A stretch of DNA of 64,000 bases from Stegostoma tigrinum. Taxonomy: Eukaryota. A model generated the notes under the pieces. It made no database searches. It was not told where the DNA came from and saw nothing but the letters and a program-made list of their open reading frames with translations. This document shows positions 37,138-50,375 of the stretch, piece by piece. The position numbers were made by a program, and so were the translations under genes. Within the stretch, counting starts at the first letter, position 1. Every line of letters begins with the position of its first letter. The DNA lies in NCBI RefSeq assembly GCF_030684315.1, contig NC_081356.1, positions 132,792,933 to 132,856,932 on the forward strand, in the 5' to 3' direction.

Positions 37138-38349
37138 AGACAGTGGTGGGTGCAGGCACAGTTACAATGTTAACAAACCGTAGAGCTGAATGAACACAGC
37201 AGGCCAAGCAGCATCACCTGCTGTGTTCATCCAACTCTATACTTTGTTATCTCGGATTCTCCATCATCTGCAGTTCCCATATGTCGAAAAGATAGTTGGA
37301 TAAGTACGTGAATATGAAAGGTTTGGAGGCATATGGATCAGTAGCAGGCAGGTGGGACTAGTTTAGTTTGGGATTATGTTTGGCAGGGATCAGTTAGACC
37401 GATGAGTCTGTTTCAGTGTCTCATGACTCTATGCCTCTGGTGGAAAAGATGTAGATGAACAAATCTGCAGGGAAATTACAGAGCAATGCCAACATCATGG
37501 ACCAATTATGATATGAGACCATCTACCCAAATATAGACTGGGATACTGCTTGTGTAAGGGGCAACAAGGGGCAGGTGTTCTAGGATTGCATTAAGGAGAG
37601 GTTTCTATGGCAGTGTGTGTTCAGTCCAACAAAGAAGGATGCACTGTTGGACCCAGGCAGGCAATGGCCTCATGGTGTTATCACTGGGCTGTTAATCCAG
37701 AAACCAACGGACCTGGGTTCAAATCCTGCCAAGGCAAATGGTCGAATTTGAATTCAGTTAAAAATCTGGAATTAAGAATCTAATGGTGGCCATGAATCTA
37801 TTGCTGATTGTTGAAAAAAACCATTTGGTTCACTAATGTCCTTGAAGGAAGGAATCTCCGGCTCTTACCTGGTCTGGTTTACATGTGACTGCATAATTGT
37901 AACAATGTGATTGACTCTTAACTGGTCTCTGGACAAGTTGGGATGTGCAATAAAAGCTGGCCAAGTCAGTGACTCCTTCATCCCAAGAATAAGTCAAAAT
38001 AAACTTGATCCTTGGAAATGAGGTGGGCCTTGTGGATGAACTGTCAAAGAACAAAGAACAATACAGCACAGGAACAAGCCTTTTCACCCACCAAGACTGT
38101 GCTTCCACATGTTGCCTTCCTAAACTAAAAATCTTTTGCCTGTATGTGATCAATATTCCACTATTCTCTGCCCATTCATATATCTGTCAGGATTGCTCTC
38201 AGACGTTGCTATTGCATCTACCTCCACCACCTCCTTTGGCAGTGCATCTGGGCACTTACAACTTGCCTCTCATATCTTCTTTAAACTTAGTGTCCTTTAC
38301 CTTAAACCTGTGCTCTCTAGTAATTGACCTTTCTATCCTGGGAAAAAGT

Positions 38350-38570
38350 CTGACCTATCCCCTCCCTACCTCCCCACCTATACTCTCCTCTCCACCTATC
38401 TTCTTTTCTCTCCTTCTTCGGTCCGTCTCCCCCTCTCTCCCTATTTATTCCAGAACCCTCTCCCCATCCCCCTCTCTGATGAAGGGTCTCGGCCCGAAAA
38501 ATCAGCTTTTGTGCTCCTGAGTTGCTGCTGGGCCTGCTGTGTTCATCCAGCCTCAGACTTTGATATCTTC
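38350..38570 (+). mobile_element. Penelope-like 3' UTR fragment (family A)
   Basis: Near-identical to 18690-18905. The hammerhead core at 38476 has a mutated GAAAC box. Confidence 0.85.
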
Positions 38571-39319
38571 ATTTGGCCCTGGGTTGAGGGAGACCTTTTC
38601 CCGTCAGCACCTTCACTAAGTTCAGGGGATCCTCCTCTCTAAGTTCAAACTTTTAAAAATTCCCATATCTCTCCTCTCTTGCCTCTTTCACCTTTTCTGT
38701 TTGTTCCTAACTGTCTTCTCTTTCACCTTTTGAAATGTTTTTCTCTTTTCTTTGAAATTCTCATTCCATGTCCTTCTAGTCTGACTGAATCCTTGCCCAG
38801 AATTCTACACTTTATCTGCATCTCCCAATTTAATACCAGATAGTTGGCTACTAGTTTTCAAATTTCTCGTTTCTTTGCTTTTGGTCTGAATTTTTTCTGC
38901 AACTGCCTAGCCGCAGTTTTCAGTTTGTTGGTGGTCAATTCATCCGCTTCTGCTGCAGAAACATGCATGCTTTGAAATGCGATATTTTATTGAGTGTAGT
39001 TTACTCTAGAATACAATAAACCTGAGATAGCAAGAACTGCAGATGCTGAAGTCAGAGATAACAAAGTGTGGAGCTGGAGGAGCACAGTAGGCCAGGCAAG
39101 GGTCCCGACCCAAAACGTCAGCCTATCTGTTTCTCTGATGCTGCCTGGCCTGCAGCTCTACACTTTGTTAAACTTGAACTGTTATTTTCTTTCTTTTAAA
39201 ACATCATTTCCCCCTTTCAATGACCCTGTATTTAATTCATTATCAGAAACAAGTCAGCTCAGTTCTTTTTAGTTAACAAATGAAACCTGTAAGCCCACAG
39301 ATGGTATGAAAATTGATGG

Positions 39320-40165
39320 GCTACCCCTTTAAATTGAGAAAAACTGCAGAAATCTGCAACACAAAGGAACTTGGGTCAATTGCACATGAAACATCGAAAG
39401 CTAGCACACAGGGACAGCAGGTAATCGGGAAGGCTAATGGAACGTTGGCTGTTATTTCAAGGGAGTTGGAGTAGAAGAGTAAGGAAGCATTACTGCAACT
39501 GTACAAGGTGTCAGTGAAACCATATCTAGAATATTGCGATAACAAAGTGTGTAGCTGGATGAACACAGCAGGCCAAGCAGCATCTGCAGTTCCCATTATC
39601 TCTGATTAGCACGTTGTGAGCAGTTTTGGTCCCCTCATTAAAGGTAAGATTCTATTTCATTGGAGGCAGTTTAGAGAAGGCTCACGAGGCTAATCCCTGA
39701 TATGACCTATGAGAAATTTTCAAACAGGTTGGGACGATAATCATTGGAATGTTGAAGAATGAGAGATGATCTTACTGACTTACTGAAACATATCGGATTC
39801 TTAAGGGGCTTGACAGGATAAATGCTGAGAGGACGTTTCTTTTCATGGCAGAGTCCATGATCAGAGGGCATAGTCTCAGGAGATAGCGGTGCCAATTTAA
39901 GACCAACATGAGGAGGATTTCTTCTATCAGAGAGTTGAGCGTCTTTGGAACTCCTTGCCTTGGAGAAATATTGGGAGCAGAGTTCTTGTGTATGTTTAAG
40001 GCTGAGATAGATAGAATCTTGATCGTTTGGGGAATCAAGGGGTATGGAGTAAGGATGGGAAAGTGACAGAAGGAATGTCAGATCTGCCACGAGCCTATTG
40101 AATGGCAAGCAGATCCAAGGGGTCAAATGGCCTACTCCTGTTCATATTTCTTGCTGTCTTATGGA
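39320..40165 (+). mobile_element. CR1 LINE 3' fragment with a small Penelope-like insert (39538-39605)
   Basis: Remnant LLQLYKVSVKPYLEY coding sequence and a CR1 3' UTR. Confidence 0.75.
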
Positions 40166-40189
40166 TGACAAGTAGTGAGGAGGATAGCC

Positions 40190-40730
40190 TTATATTTCCT
40201 AGTGAAAGCGTAGAGGAAAGTTTACTCTGTATCTAACTGCATGTTGTATCTATCTAAAGAGTGCTTGATGAGCAACATGTGAGAGAGTTGCAGTCTATAT
40301 CTAACTCCATACTGCCCTTGTTATGAGAGTGTTTGATCGGGACAGTCTGGAGAGAGCTTTACTTTCAGTCTGAAGGAGTAGAGTTAGCTTTACTTTGTAT
40401 CTAAGTTTGTGCTATCTCTTGCTAGGAGTATTTGATAGGACAGTGTAGAGAGAGCTTTATTTTCAGTTTAAAAGAGTAGAGGAACTTCACTGTCGGGTTA
40501 AAATAAAAGTAAGGGAAGGTCTACTCTGTATCTAACTGCATTCTGTACCTGTCTAGGAAGTGTTTGATGAGGGAAGTGTGGATAAAAGTTTGCTGTTTAT
40601 CTAATGCTGTCTTAAACCTATCCTGGGAGCTTTTGATAGGTAAAGTTAATACAGAGCTTTACTCTGTATCTAACCCCATGCTGTCCCTGTCCTGGGAGTG
40701 TTTAATGGTGACAATGCAGAGGGTACTTTA
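40190..40730 (+). repeat. Degenerate ~60-bp minisatellite
   Basis: About 8-10 variable units of AGAGCTTTACTCTGTATCTAACCCC.TGCTGTCCCTGTCCTGGGAGTGTTTGATGG.GACAGTGT. Confidence 0.8.
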
Positions 40731-41175
40731 AAAAGTAAGGTCACCATTGTGCCACTCTTGCGCTGGTGAGGGATAACTGGTGGTGGTTTAACTTAAGGTT
40801 TATCATGCCTTGGACGAGGGACAAGGTTGAGAAGGTAGGAGCTTCATGGCAACCTTGGTGTGGAACATGAATCTGTGCTCTTGGCATCCAACTAACTGAG
40901 CTAATCAACCGCTGGAGGAATCTCTACTGTGTATTGAAATGACATGTTGCACCAGCTCTTGGCTCGTTGATGCTGGCTCTGAAATAGAAAATGTTGCCTC
41001 TACTGTTATAGTTTATTGAAGCTGATGCAGCATCTTTTGTCCTCTGCAGAAGATGTGGTTGGTGCCTCAGTTTTCTTATAGATTTATAAACATATCTGCT
41101 CCTGCTAAACAAGCATGGACTTCCCACTTACTCTTCTATGGATTGAGATTGTTTAGTATTTTGTGGGGGTTTTCA

Positions 41176-41209
41176 GAGGAAGTACAGAAACATTTGAAGT
41201 AACTTCTCT
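41176..41209 (+). promoter_or_regulatory. Putative proximal promoter of Siglec-15-like gene 1 (ETS/PU.1-type site and conserved 15-mer)
   Basis: GAGGAAGT at 41176-41183. TGAAGTAACTTCTCT at 41195-41209 is identical to 60417-60431 upstream of the paralogous leader exon. Confidence 0.55.
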
Positions 41210-41259
41210 CATTCAATGTCAAAAGGCGAGAAGCAGCCAGTGAGAAAGGTGAATGACCG

Positions 41260-41323
41260 ATGATAAGTCCTGTCTACATTTGGCTTTCCACAATCCTGCT
41301 GTCAGTCTCAGTGCAGGGTTCTA
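41260..41323 (+). CDS. Signal-peptide exon of Siglec-15-like gene 1
   Basis: Reads MISPVYIWLSTILLSVSVQGS then A|gtcagt, a phase-1 donor compatible with the exon at 47764. Homologous to 60493-60550. Confidence 0.75.
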
Positions 41324-42149
41324 GTCAGTGTTTTCCTACGCTAACTGATCAAATTTGTTTTGTTAACGTGTAATTGCTGTTTTCATGATCTGCTAACTTA
41401 ATTATAGTGACCAAAGCCTTGTGTTAACCAACACTAGGTGTCATGGTCTTCACTGAGTTTCTAAACTGGAAGAAACGTTTGCCTTACCAACGCACATCAA
41501 AACAGGGTACAATTATTTAACTAAAACCACTAAACCAATACTGCACGAGCATCAAGTCAGGCAGCACAAAAAGGAACATAGGAAATGAGAACAGGAGTAC
41601 GCCAACTAAATCTTCAGCCTGCTCTGCCAACTAATATGATCATGGCTGATCGTCTAACTCGATACTTTCTTGCCCTTTAGCTCTAAGAACTATATCTATA
41701 AGCTTCTTGAAAACATTCTATGTTTTGGCACTAACTACTTTCTGTGGCAGAGAATTCCACAGTCTCACCACTCTCTGGGTGAAGAAATTTCTCCTCAACT
41801 CAGTCGTAAATTATCTACCCCATATCCTCATACTGTGACCTAAAGTGATGAGGGCACTCAAACTGTGACGGGTGAAAAACATGCTTCAGTCACAGCCAGG
41901 CTTCAGAGAGAGACAGAGAGAGACATGCTAACTTGTTGGATGTACATGAAAATCCAAACCTGCTGTTTCATCTAAATGAATGCTGCTGTCAGGCTCACCA
42001 TTCAGATTTATTGAATGATATATAATTGCTGTTTCTATGAGGCAAATACAAACTAAATCCATCACAGAAAATAGGGACACAGCATACTTCAGTAAAGGAG
42101 GTTGGGGTTGTATTCCTTGAAACTGAGAAGGCTGAGGGGTGACACGGTT

Positions 42150-45100
42150 GAGATTGATTGATTATTTATTGTTGTCGCATATGCTATGATACAGTGAAAA
42201 GTATTGTTTTGCAAGCTATGCAGGCAGATTGTACCACAGAAAGTACAGCAGGGAAGTAGCACAGGATGCAAAATATACTCAAGAGTGCTCCAGCTGCAGA
42301 GAATGTGCAGAGAGAGAGAGCGAGATCACAATTAACATTTGAAAGCTCTGTTCAAAAGCCTGATGACAGCATGGAAGAAGCTGTTCTTGAATCTGACTGT
42401 ACATGTATTCAACTTTAAATCTTGTGCCTGATGGAAGGCAGTATAACCAGATGGGAAGGGTCTTTGATTATGTTGGTAATTTTCCAGAGGTAGCAGGAAG
42501 TATACACAAAGTCAATGGATGGAAGGCAGATTTGCATGATGGACTGGGCTGTGTTGATGACTCTCTGTAGTTTCTTGCAGTCTGGGGAAGAGCAGTTGCC
42601 ATACTGTGCTGTGATGCATCTAGATAAGATGCTTTCTAAGGTGCATTTCTAAAAATTCATAGAATCCCTACAGTGTGGAAATAGACCATTCGGCCCAATA
42701 AGTGCACACCGCCCCTCTGAAGAGTATCCCACCCAGGCCCATTCCCCTAATTTCCTGTATCTAACCCACCTAACCTAAACATCCCTGGGTGCTATGGACA
42801 ATTTAACGTGGCCAATCCACCTACCCTGCACACCTTTGGACTGTGGGAGGAAACTGGAGCTCTCAGAGGAAACCAACGCAGACATGGGAGAATGTGCAAA
42901 CTCTACACATACAGTCACCCGAGGCTGGAATTAAACGTGGGTCTCTGGTGCAGTGAAGCAGCAGTGCTGACCACTGAGCCACTGTGCCGCTCTGGTGCAA
43001 GTCCTTGTGGACTTGCCAAATTTCCTTAGCTTTCTGAGGAAGTAGCGACACTGTTGTCCTTTCTTGACCATCACATTGAAGTGGGTGAACCAAAACAGAT
43101 TATTGGTGATGGATGGGCAGGGAGCAAATGGACACAGACCCTTAGAAAATAGATGACAGGTTAGACAGAGGATCTTGATCGGCGCAGGCTTGGAGGGCCG
43201 AAGGGCCTGTTCCTGTGCTGTAGGTTTCTTTGTTTTTTGTTCTTTGTGATCATCACTCCCAAGGCCTGGTCACTCAATCATCTCTGCCACAGCACTGTTG
43301 ATGCAGACAGGAGTTTGTCTTTAATTCTACTACCTGAAATAATGACTAGCTCCTTCATTTTACTGACGTTGGTGGAGAGATTGCTGTCTTTACACCATGC
43401 CACTAAGCACTCAATTTCTTTCCTGTATTCTGTATCGTCATTGTTTGAGATTTGGCCTACAACTGTGGTGCCATTAGCAATATCATAAATGGAGTGGGGG
43501 CAGAATTTGGCCACATAGTTGTGAACATATAAGGAGTGTCGTGGAGGGCTGAGTATGCAGACGTGCGCGACACAGGTGTTGAGCATTATGATGGAAGAGG
43601 TGTTGTCGCCTACTCTTCCTGATTGCAGTCCATAGGTCAGGATGTTTGAGGATCTAGTTTTAGAGGAGGAGCTGAGACCTAAGTCTGAGAGTTTAGAGAT
43701 GAGTTTGTTGGAATTATGGTGTTGAAGTTGGAACTGTAGTCAATAAGTAGGAGTCTGACTGCAGTATATAAGTCATCCTGATGTTTCAGGGATAAATGTA
43801 GGGCCAGGGAGATAGCATTTACAGTGGACCTGTTGCTCTGGTAAGTGAATTACAAAGGATTTTTTTCATTAACGGGATGAGGGCATCACTGGCTAGTCAG
43901 CATTTATCACTATCCCTAATTGTCCAGAAGGCAGTTAAGAGTCAAGTGGGTCTGCAGTCACATGTCAGTCAGACCAGATAAGGATGGTACTTTCCTTCCC
44001 TAAAGGACATTAGTGAACCAGATGGGTTTTTCCTAACAATCGACAATAACAATCGTCATCATTAGATCCTTAATTCCAGATATTTTATTGAATTCAAATT
44101 CCACCATCTGCCGTGGTGGGATTTGAATCCGGGTCCCCAGGACATTATCTGGGTCTCCGGAATGACAGACCAGCAATCATACCACTAGGCCAACATCTCC
44201 TCATAGGAGGATCAAGGCAATTTGGTAGGCTGGAGTTGATGTGAGCCATGACTAACTTCTTGAACCACTTCATAATGATGGCCATCAAAGCCAGCAGTCA
44301 GCAGTCATTGAGACACACTGTATGATTTTCTTTTGGCATTGGGATGATGGGTGGTCTTCTTGAAGCAGGTGGGGACCTCTGATTGGAGTAAGGCGAGATT
44401 AAAGCTGCCTGCAAGTACTTCTGCCAGCTGCTCTGCACAAGACCTGAGTGCACGGCTGGGGACTCCATCGAGGCCAATCACTTTCCATGAGTTCACTCTC
44501 AAGAAGGTCAATCTGATGTCTGCAGAAGTGACTGTGGGTACAGGTGTAACTGAGGCTTTTGGGATAGGTGACATTGTTTCACGGACCTTCTCGTTCAAAG
44601 CGAATACGGAATGCATTGAGCTTGTCGGGTAGGGATGTACTGTTGCCTGTGATTCTGCTTGACTTTGCTTTGTGGCCCACTATGTCATGTAAATCTTGAC
44701 ACAAACTACAGGTTTCCTTGTAATTAATATGAGTCTCAGGCTTAGTTTGGTATTGTCTCTTGGCATCTCCAACGGCCTTGTGGAGGTTGTATCTGGATTT
44801 CCTGTATAGATCAGGGCTGCCTGATTTGTACGCCTCAGATCTGCCCTTCAATAGGGAGTGGATTTCCTGGTTCATCCCTGATTTCTAGTTGGGGAACATT
44901 TGGATTAATTTCTTCATTTATTAATGTCTTCTACACACATACTAATGAAGTTTGTAATGGTATTAGCATACCTGCTTAGGTTAGCTGCTGAATATGGACC
45001 AGTCCACTGACCCTAAGCAGTCCCGTAGAAAGTCTTAAATTGCCTCAGACCAGCACTGTACTGCTTTCTGTACTGTGTCCTTACACTTCAGTTGCTGTTC

Positions 45101-45780
45101 GTAAGTTGGGAGGAGGAGCATAGTGTTGTGATCTGATTTTCCAAAATGAAGATCAGGGATGGAGTAGTAGGCGTCTTTGATGGTTGTGTAGCAATGGTCA
45201 AGGACGTCCAGAGCTCTGATTGGACAGGAGACATGTTGTTGGTATTGTAGCAACATGCTCTTGAGGATGGCCTGGTTGAAGTCACTAGATACGAGCACCT
45301 TGGAGTATTCTGTCATAAGACTGTTTGTACCTTTGTATACTCCATCAAGTGCACTCTTCACTTCTGCATGGGGTGGGATGTAGACTGCTATTGGGGTAGC
45401 AAAGGTGAATTCATGTGGCAGGTCGTAGGGATGCCATTTTGCCGTAAGATATTCTAGCGAGCAGCAATTCGCAAGGTTCACCACGCCTGAGCACCAGGAC
45501 GTGTTTATTGAGAGACAGGCCCCACCGCACTTTGCCTTGCCTGAGGAAGTTTAGTGGTTCATTCAGTGAATTGAGAAACCCTGAGGTTGTAAGGCACAGT
45601 TAAGTATAGCAGGCGTGAGCCATGCCTCTGTTAAAGAGAGCACACAGCAGTCTCTTAATTCCCTCTGAAAGGTGAGTTGAGCTTTAGCTTCATTCATTAC
45701 TGTTCTCAGCAGCTTGGGCATTTGCCAGGAATATGCTGGGGAGAGGGAATTGTGAAATCCTGAATCTTTAGTCTCACCTG
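42150..45780 (-). mobile_element. Rex1/Babar-like LINE (APE + RT), decayed and interrupted by SINEs
   Basis: APE motifs CVLSLTEAWL, VYIPP, SDFNQA, LDHCYT and SDHN; RT-region VPTCFKKTT and DIANGTTVVGQISNND. Confidence 0.82.
42660..42990 (-). mobile_element. HE1-type SINE
   Basis: Same head, core and tail as 19800-20118. Confidence 0.85.
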
Positions 45781-46704
45781 AAGACCAGCATGTCTTCCAC
45801 ATTTCCCAGGTAGGTGGCTGCTCCTAATCGATCCTGGACGTAGGTGAAGGAAGTCTGCTACTCCACAAGAATTCCAAAATTGTTAGGGGATAGAGATGGA
45901 GAAGACAGGAGGAACCTGTTTCTCTTGGCAGAGAGTTCAAAATTCAAGCCAAATGGCAGAAAGATTAGATAGAACAGGAGAAAAATTGATCCTAATGCAG
46001 AGGTTGAGGGAGTGTCTGGCATTTGCTGCTTGAGTTGATGGGGGAGACAGACAGCCTGAACTCTTTTAAAAGAAACCTGGATTTGCATGTTACGTGCTGT
46101 ATTCTACAGGGCTAGTGCACATATGCAGGAAGATGGGATTAGAAAGAGCATCTGGGTGTCTTTGGGTTGGCATGGACAAGATGGGCAGAATGGTTCTCTT
46201 CTGTGCTGTATCATTTCTATGGGTCTATGCCTCTAGTCTTTGACCATCCTCTTGCTGTTTGCTCACTGAAATCATTGGTGAGACATTTAAGGTAGTGTGC
46301 CTCATTACCCATTTTCATAAATTTGGTGTCTGTCAGGACCATGTAGATACACTATTATATGCGTTATAAAGAGGCTGGCCAGTCTGTGAAAATTGACACA
46401 CAATCCTGTAAAGTGGCTCCCAGAAGTTACATGACTGTCCTTGTTGATTTACTACAGCCAGAAAAGTAATGCCGTGTTATGTCAGCAGGAACCACAAAGG
46501 GAAACATTTAGAATTTGCTTAATTCTTCTAAAGGTGTGAGAATTCAAAGCTTCTGAGAGTGGAATGATACTACTAGAAAACCCATCATAACTGATTTTGC
46601 TATGTGGAATAATGATTCATTAAAGTTAGCGTGGAAGCCATGTTATGTTTTGATTGTTATAAGACAGACTGTGATGCACTATTTTAAAAGAATTCCAAAT
46701 AGAA

Positions 46705-47056
46705 TTATAGAATACTTCCAGTATGGAAGCAGGCCATTTGGCCCATCGAGTCCACACTGACCCTCCAAAGAGCATCTCATCCAAATCCACCCCATTCCTT
46801 TAACCCTACATTTCCCATGGCTAACCCACCTGGCCTGCATATCCCTGGACATGACGGGGTAATTTACCATGGCTAATCCACCTAACCTGCACATCTTCAG
46901 ACTTTGTGAGGAAACTGGAGCACCCAGGTGAAACCCACACAGACGCGAGGAGAATGTGCAAACTTCACACAGGCAGTTGACTGAATGTGGAATCAAACCC
47001 AGGGTCTCTGGCACTGTGAGGCAGCAGTGTTAACCAAAGAGCTGCTGTGCCACCCC
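46705..47056 (-). mobile_element. HE1-type SINE
   Basis: Same head, core and tail as the other copies. Confidence 0.85.
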
Positions 47057-47763
47057 CAAGAGGTGACATGGATGGGAATAGGGAGTGCATAGGGCTGGGG
47101 TTAATGTGAGGGGTGTGAAGGGTGAGGGTTGGAGAGTATTCAGATTTTATTGTAACTGGAATGAAGTCTCACAGCTCTGGATATCTGCAGCCCCTATGTT
47201 TGACTAGGTCAGCCTGCAGTCAGAATACAGCCTTCACTTTCCCCTCCTCCACCTTGCAAGCACTTTCTCTTAAGGCAGGGAAGCTGAGCCAGAAAAATTC
47301 CACAATTCCCACCACCTGCCTCAAGGATGAAAATCCTGGCAATCGGCTTTGTACCGAAGTTGTCTAGCCTGTTCAGCATTTCTAGCATTTTCTTTTTTTC
47401 TTAATAAGTTTCTAGTATCCACTGTATTTTTTTCTTCTGCAAAAATGACAGCATCCTCCATTAAAAAAGGAGATAGAGTTGGCTATTCTTAACTCCACTT
47501 TGGAAGGTATCCCATGTCCTTTTATTCCCTTAATCCCCAAAACATATTCAGCATTTGAGAATCCATGGCTCTCTGGGGTACAGAACTCCAAAGATTCATT
47601 GAATTATTGGAAATTTACAGCACAGGAGGCCATTCAGCCCATTGTGTCAAGATGAGATATCCATCCTTCCCCTCTTCCTGTACTTAGTCAATGCACCATC
47701 TCACCATTTGCTATCCGTGCTGGGTTAATATAACATTAACACTCTCTTTCTTGCCCCTCACAG

Positions 47764-48144
47764 ATTTTTCTGCTCATGATTGGTCAATGACAGTCGCAGA
47801 TGGTGTGAGGGCTGAGAAAGGATTTGCTGTTTTACCCTGCAGCTTCACCCACCCAGACACTAATGTGACACTCACTAGCTCCATGATATGGATTAAATCT
47901 AACAAAGGTGTTATCTTTAACTGTACATATTCTAGTCCAGGCCATTCTCAGGGTGAGCTATGTGAGAATGTGATACAGCTGGACAGTGGGAATCAATTTA
48001 GTTTGGTGGGGAACTTCAGCAACAAAGACGTTTCAATAATGATGGGCGGACTGAGCCAGGAGGATGCTGGTCTTTATCAGTGTCGAGTGGAGCTCAATAT
48101 TAACAGTTTTCAGACACAACATTGCGTAAAGCTGGAAGTGGAAG
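47764..48144 (+). CDS. Ig V-set exon, Siglec-15-like domain 1
   Basis: Polypyrimidine-cacag acceptor and G|gtgagg donor; 381 nt, phase 1-1. WSMTV..VRAEKGFAVLPCSFTHP, IW, IFNC...ELC, FSLVGN..NKDVSI and DAGLYQCRVE resemble Siglec-15 (WSMQVP..AVLPCTFTHP, ELC, FRLLGN, YFCRVE). Confidence 0.9.
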
Positions 48145-49343
48145 GTGAGGAACAATGTCCTGATGGTGTCACTGCCTGTCACTGCCCTGACAGCTCAATG
48201 GGGAAAGACTCCAGCTAGTCCAGGAAATCTTGCGTTCGCTCCTTGTCCTGGGCTCGTTCAGTTGGTCACAGGTTGGAGGCAGTGAGAAAGAAAGAGATGG
48301 AGAGGAGACTGGGATTTATAGAGCATTCCACCCCAACTGTGAAACCTCTCACAGCCTCTCACACACTCATTTGTCATCTTCAAACTGTCTTGAGTGTTCT
48401 CAGGTAACAAACAAAGAAAACACCACTGAGGATTAAAGCTCCTATGACAGCCCTGTTCTATCACTATTGGGTGAGGACAGGATACTTCTGAGCTCTCATG
48501 GGATCAGCATATTGCGAAGGGGTTGGGGGAATGTGGTGTAATATACTGCTCCCTCCCACTGGTTGAGAACATGAGTTCAGCTCATGTCCAACTACCATTG
48601 ATTGAGAACATCATTGTGTTACTAATTGTCTCTGTTGCCCAAGGATAAGATGGGACAGTTGGTTCCTAAAGAATGACAACTTATTTGATTGAAACATGTC
48701 AGATTCTGAGTGGGCTTGGTAGAAGTTGAGAGGTCCCTAATTTAGTACGGAAGGGAGGAGGAACCTCTGTCAGTGCTGTTCACCTTTGAAGGTGGTAAAC
48801 AGCCATGAAGCTGATCTTCCCCTCACCAAAAAAATCACAATTGGTGTCAAAACATTAACCTGGAATGCATATTTGAATTAACCTGTGCTCATCGTGAACG
48901 TCACAGCTTTGAACTAGTGAAAGGTCACATTAGGAGTGACAGCAGGAGGCTCTACTTCATATAAGGTGTGGTCATACTTAGAATGTGATTCCTGAACAGA
49001 GAGAGCTCAGAGTAGACTGTCGAATCCTTAAACTAATTTAAAAACATATTAACATTTTACATTGAAGGGAGAGATGTTGTGTTCTGAATGAATAGATTTA
49101 GCTGAATTTGGCAGATTTCCTGATCAGTAAGTGTCTTGTGACCAAGGTTTTCAAAATGACAGGTCAGGGGATTGTTGGGGATCATTTTGACTCTTGTAAC
49201 AGAATGCCTAGGATAGACCCATGAGAAACTTGAGGGGAGTTTTAAATTTTCATTTAATTATAAAGTTGAAAGGAATGTAACAAACTGAATCAAGAACTTC
49301 TGCACACTGACCTCATCAATTCTGATGTTTGTCTTTACCTTAG

Positions 49344-49686
49344 CTGCTTGGGGAAATACCTCAGTGGTGAGAAGGCCAGAGGGAGATTCAATTACTTTAC
49401 CCTGTGTCTTCATGACCAGAGACTCCAACACCCTGACCATTGTTACCTGGATGAGGAAGGAGCCCTACGAACATATTGTTACATTTTCAGCCCAATCACT
49501 GGGAACTTGGACAATTGTAAATGGTGGAAATTGAGCTCATCGGGAACCCAGAGGAGGGAAATACCTCGACCAGGATAAACCAGCTGAGTGTGAGGGACAA
49601 TCACACTTACCTGTGTCAGACGGAAGACAGATCAAGACTCAATTTTCAGCACCTGATCCAGAAAGAGACACAGCTACAGGCATATG
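49344..49686 (+). pseudogene. Second Ig V-set exon of the same gene, frameshifted near 49530
   Basis: tttaccttag acceptor and G|gtaaga donor; 343 nt, not a multiple of 3. First frame: EGDSITLPCVF...TWMRKEPY...NGGN*. Second frame: ELIGNPEEGNTSTRINQLSVRDNHTYLC...ETQLQAY. Confidence 0.82.
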
Positions 49687-50375
49687 GTAAGAAACTGTTT
49701 ACATATTCTTCAATTTGTAAACAGTGTACAGTGAGAGTGTAACAGATTCTGTGAACTTCTTCCAATTTGATTTTCTGGTTAAAGGACATTAGCCTAGGTT
49801 CTCCTCACAGGTGTTTTCTGGCCAGCTGAGTATTTGAAGCAATTTGATTTTTATTTCAAATTTCTAGCATCTGCGGTATTTTGCTTTTGTGTTTGAAGTT
49901 TGATTTTTAAAATATTTAATATAATTTGATGTGCTGATCCTTTCAGGTGCATCTTTATGTTCGTAATAAAAGACATTGATACACTCAGAACATTCAGTTC
50001 AATCTCCAAACAACCCAAAGTTACATTGACTTTAAGATCATCGCTTTGAGCAGGAAGGTGCAACAGTCTAATGTGTCCGTCCTGGTTACAATGAAAGTGT
50101 TCACAGTTTCATCAGAAATAGTCCCTTCAGTGCAAGTATATCCCCCAGTGTCCATCTGACTGTGTGAGGCATCACAGCCATGTGGGACCCATCTGAGCCC
50201 TACATTCACATGTGGATTAGCAGCAGGGAGCAGGAATTCTGAGGAGGAAACACGATTGCCAATTCCTACTCAAACCTGATGCAGGAGCTAAAAGCTGCTC
50301 TTACTGTTTTCCAAGCTAAGACTGGGTGAGTCAGCACCAGATTCAGGAAATACCCTGTGGGTTAATTTAAAACAT

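Noticed and set aside
47764-49686. Rearranging Ig, TCR or NAR V segments
   Set aside because: Each V domain includes its G strand and ends in a splice donor. No heptamer-nonamer RSS follows the exons.
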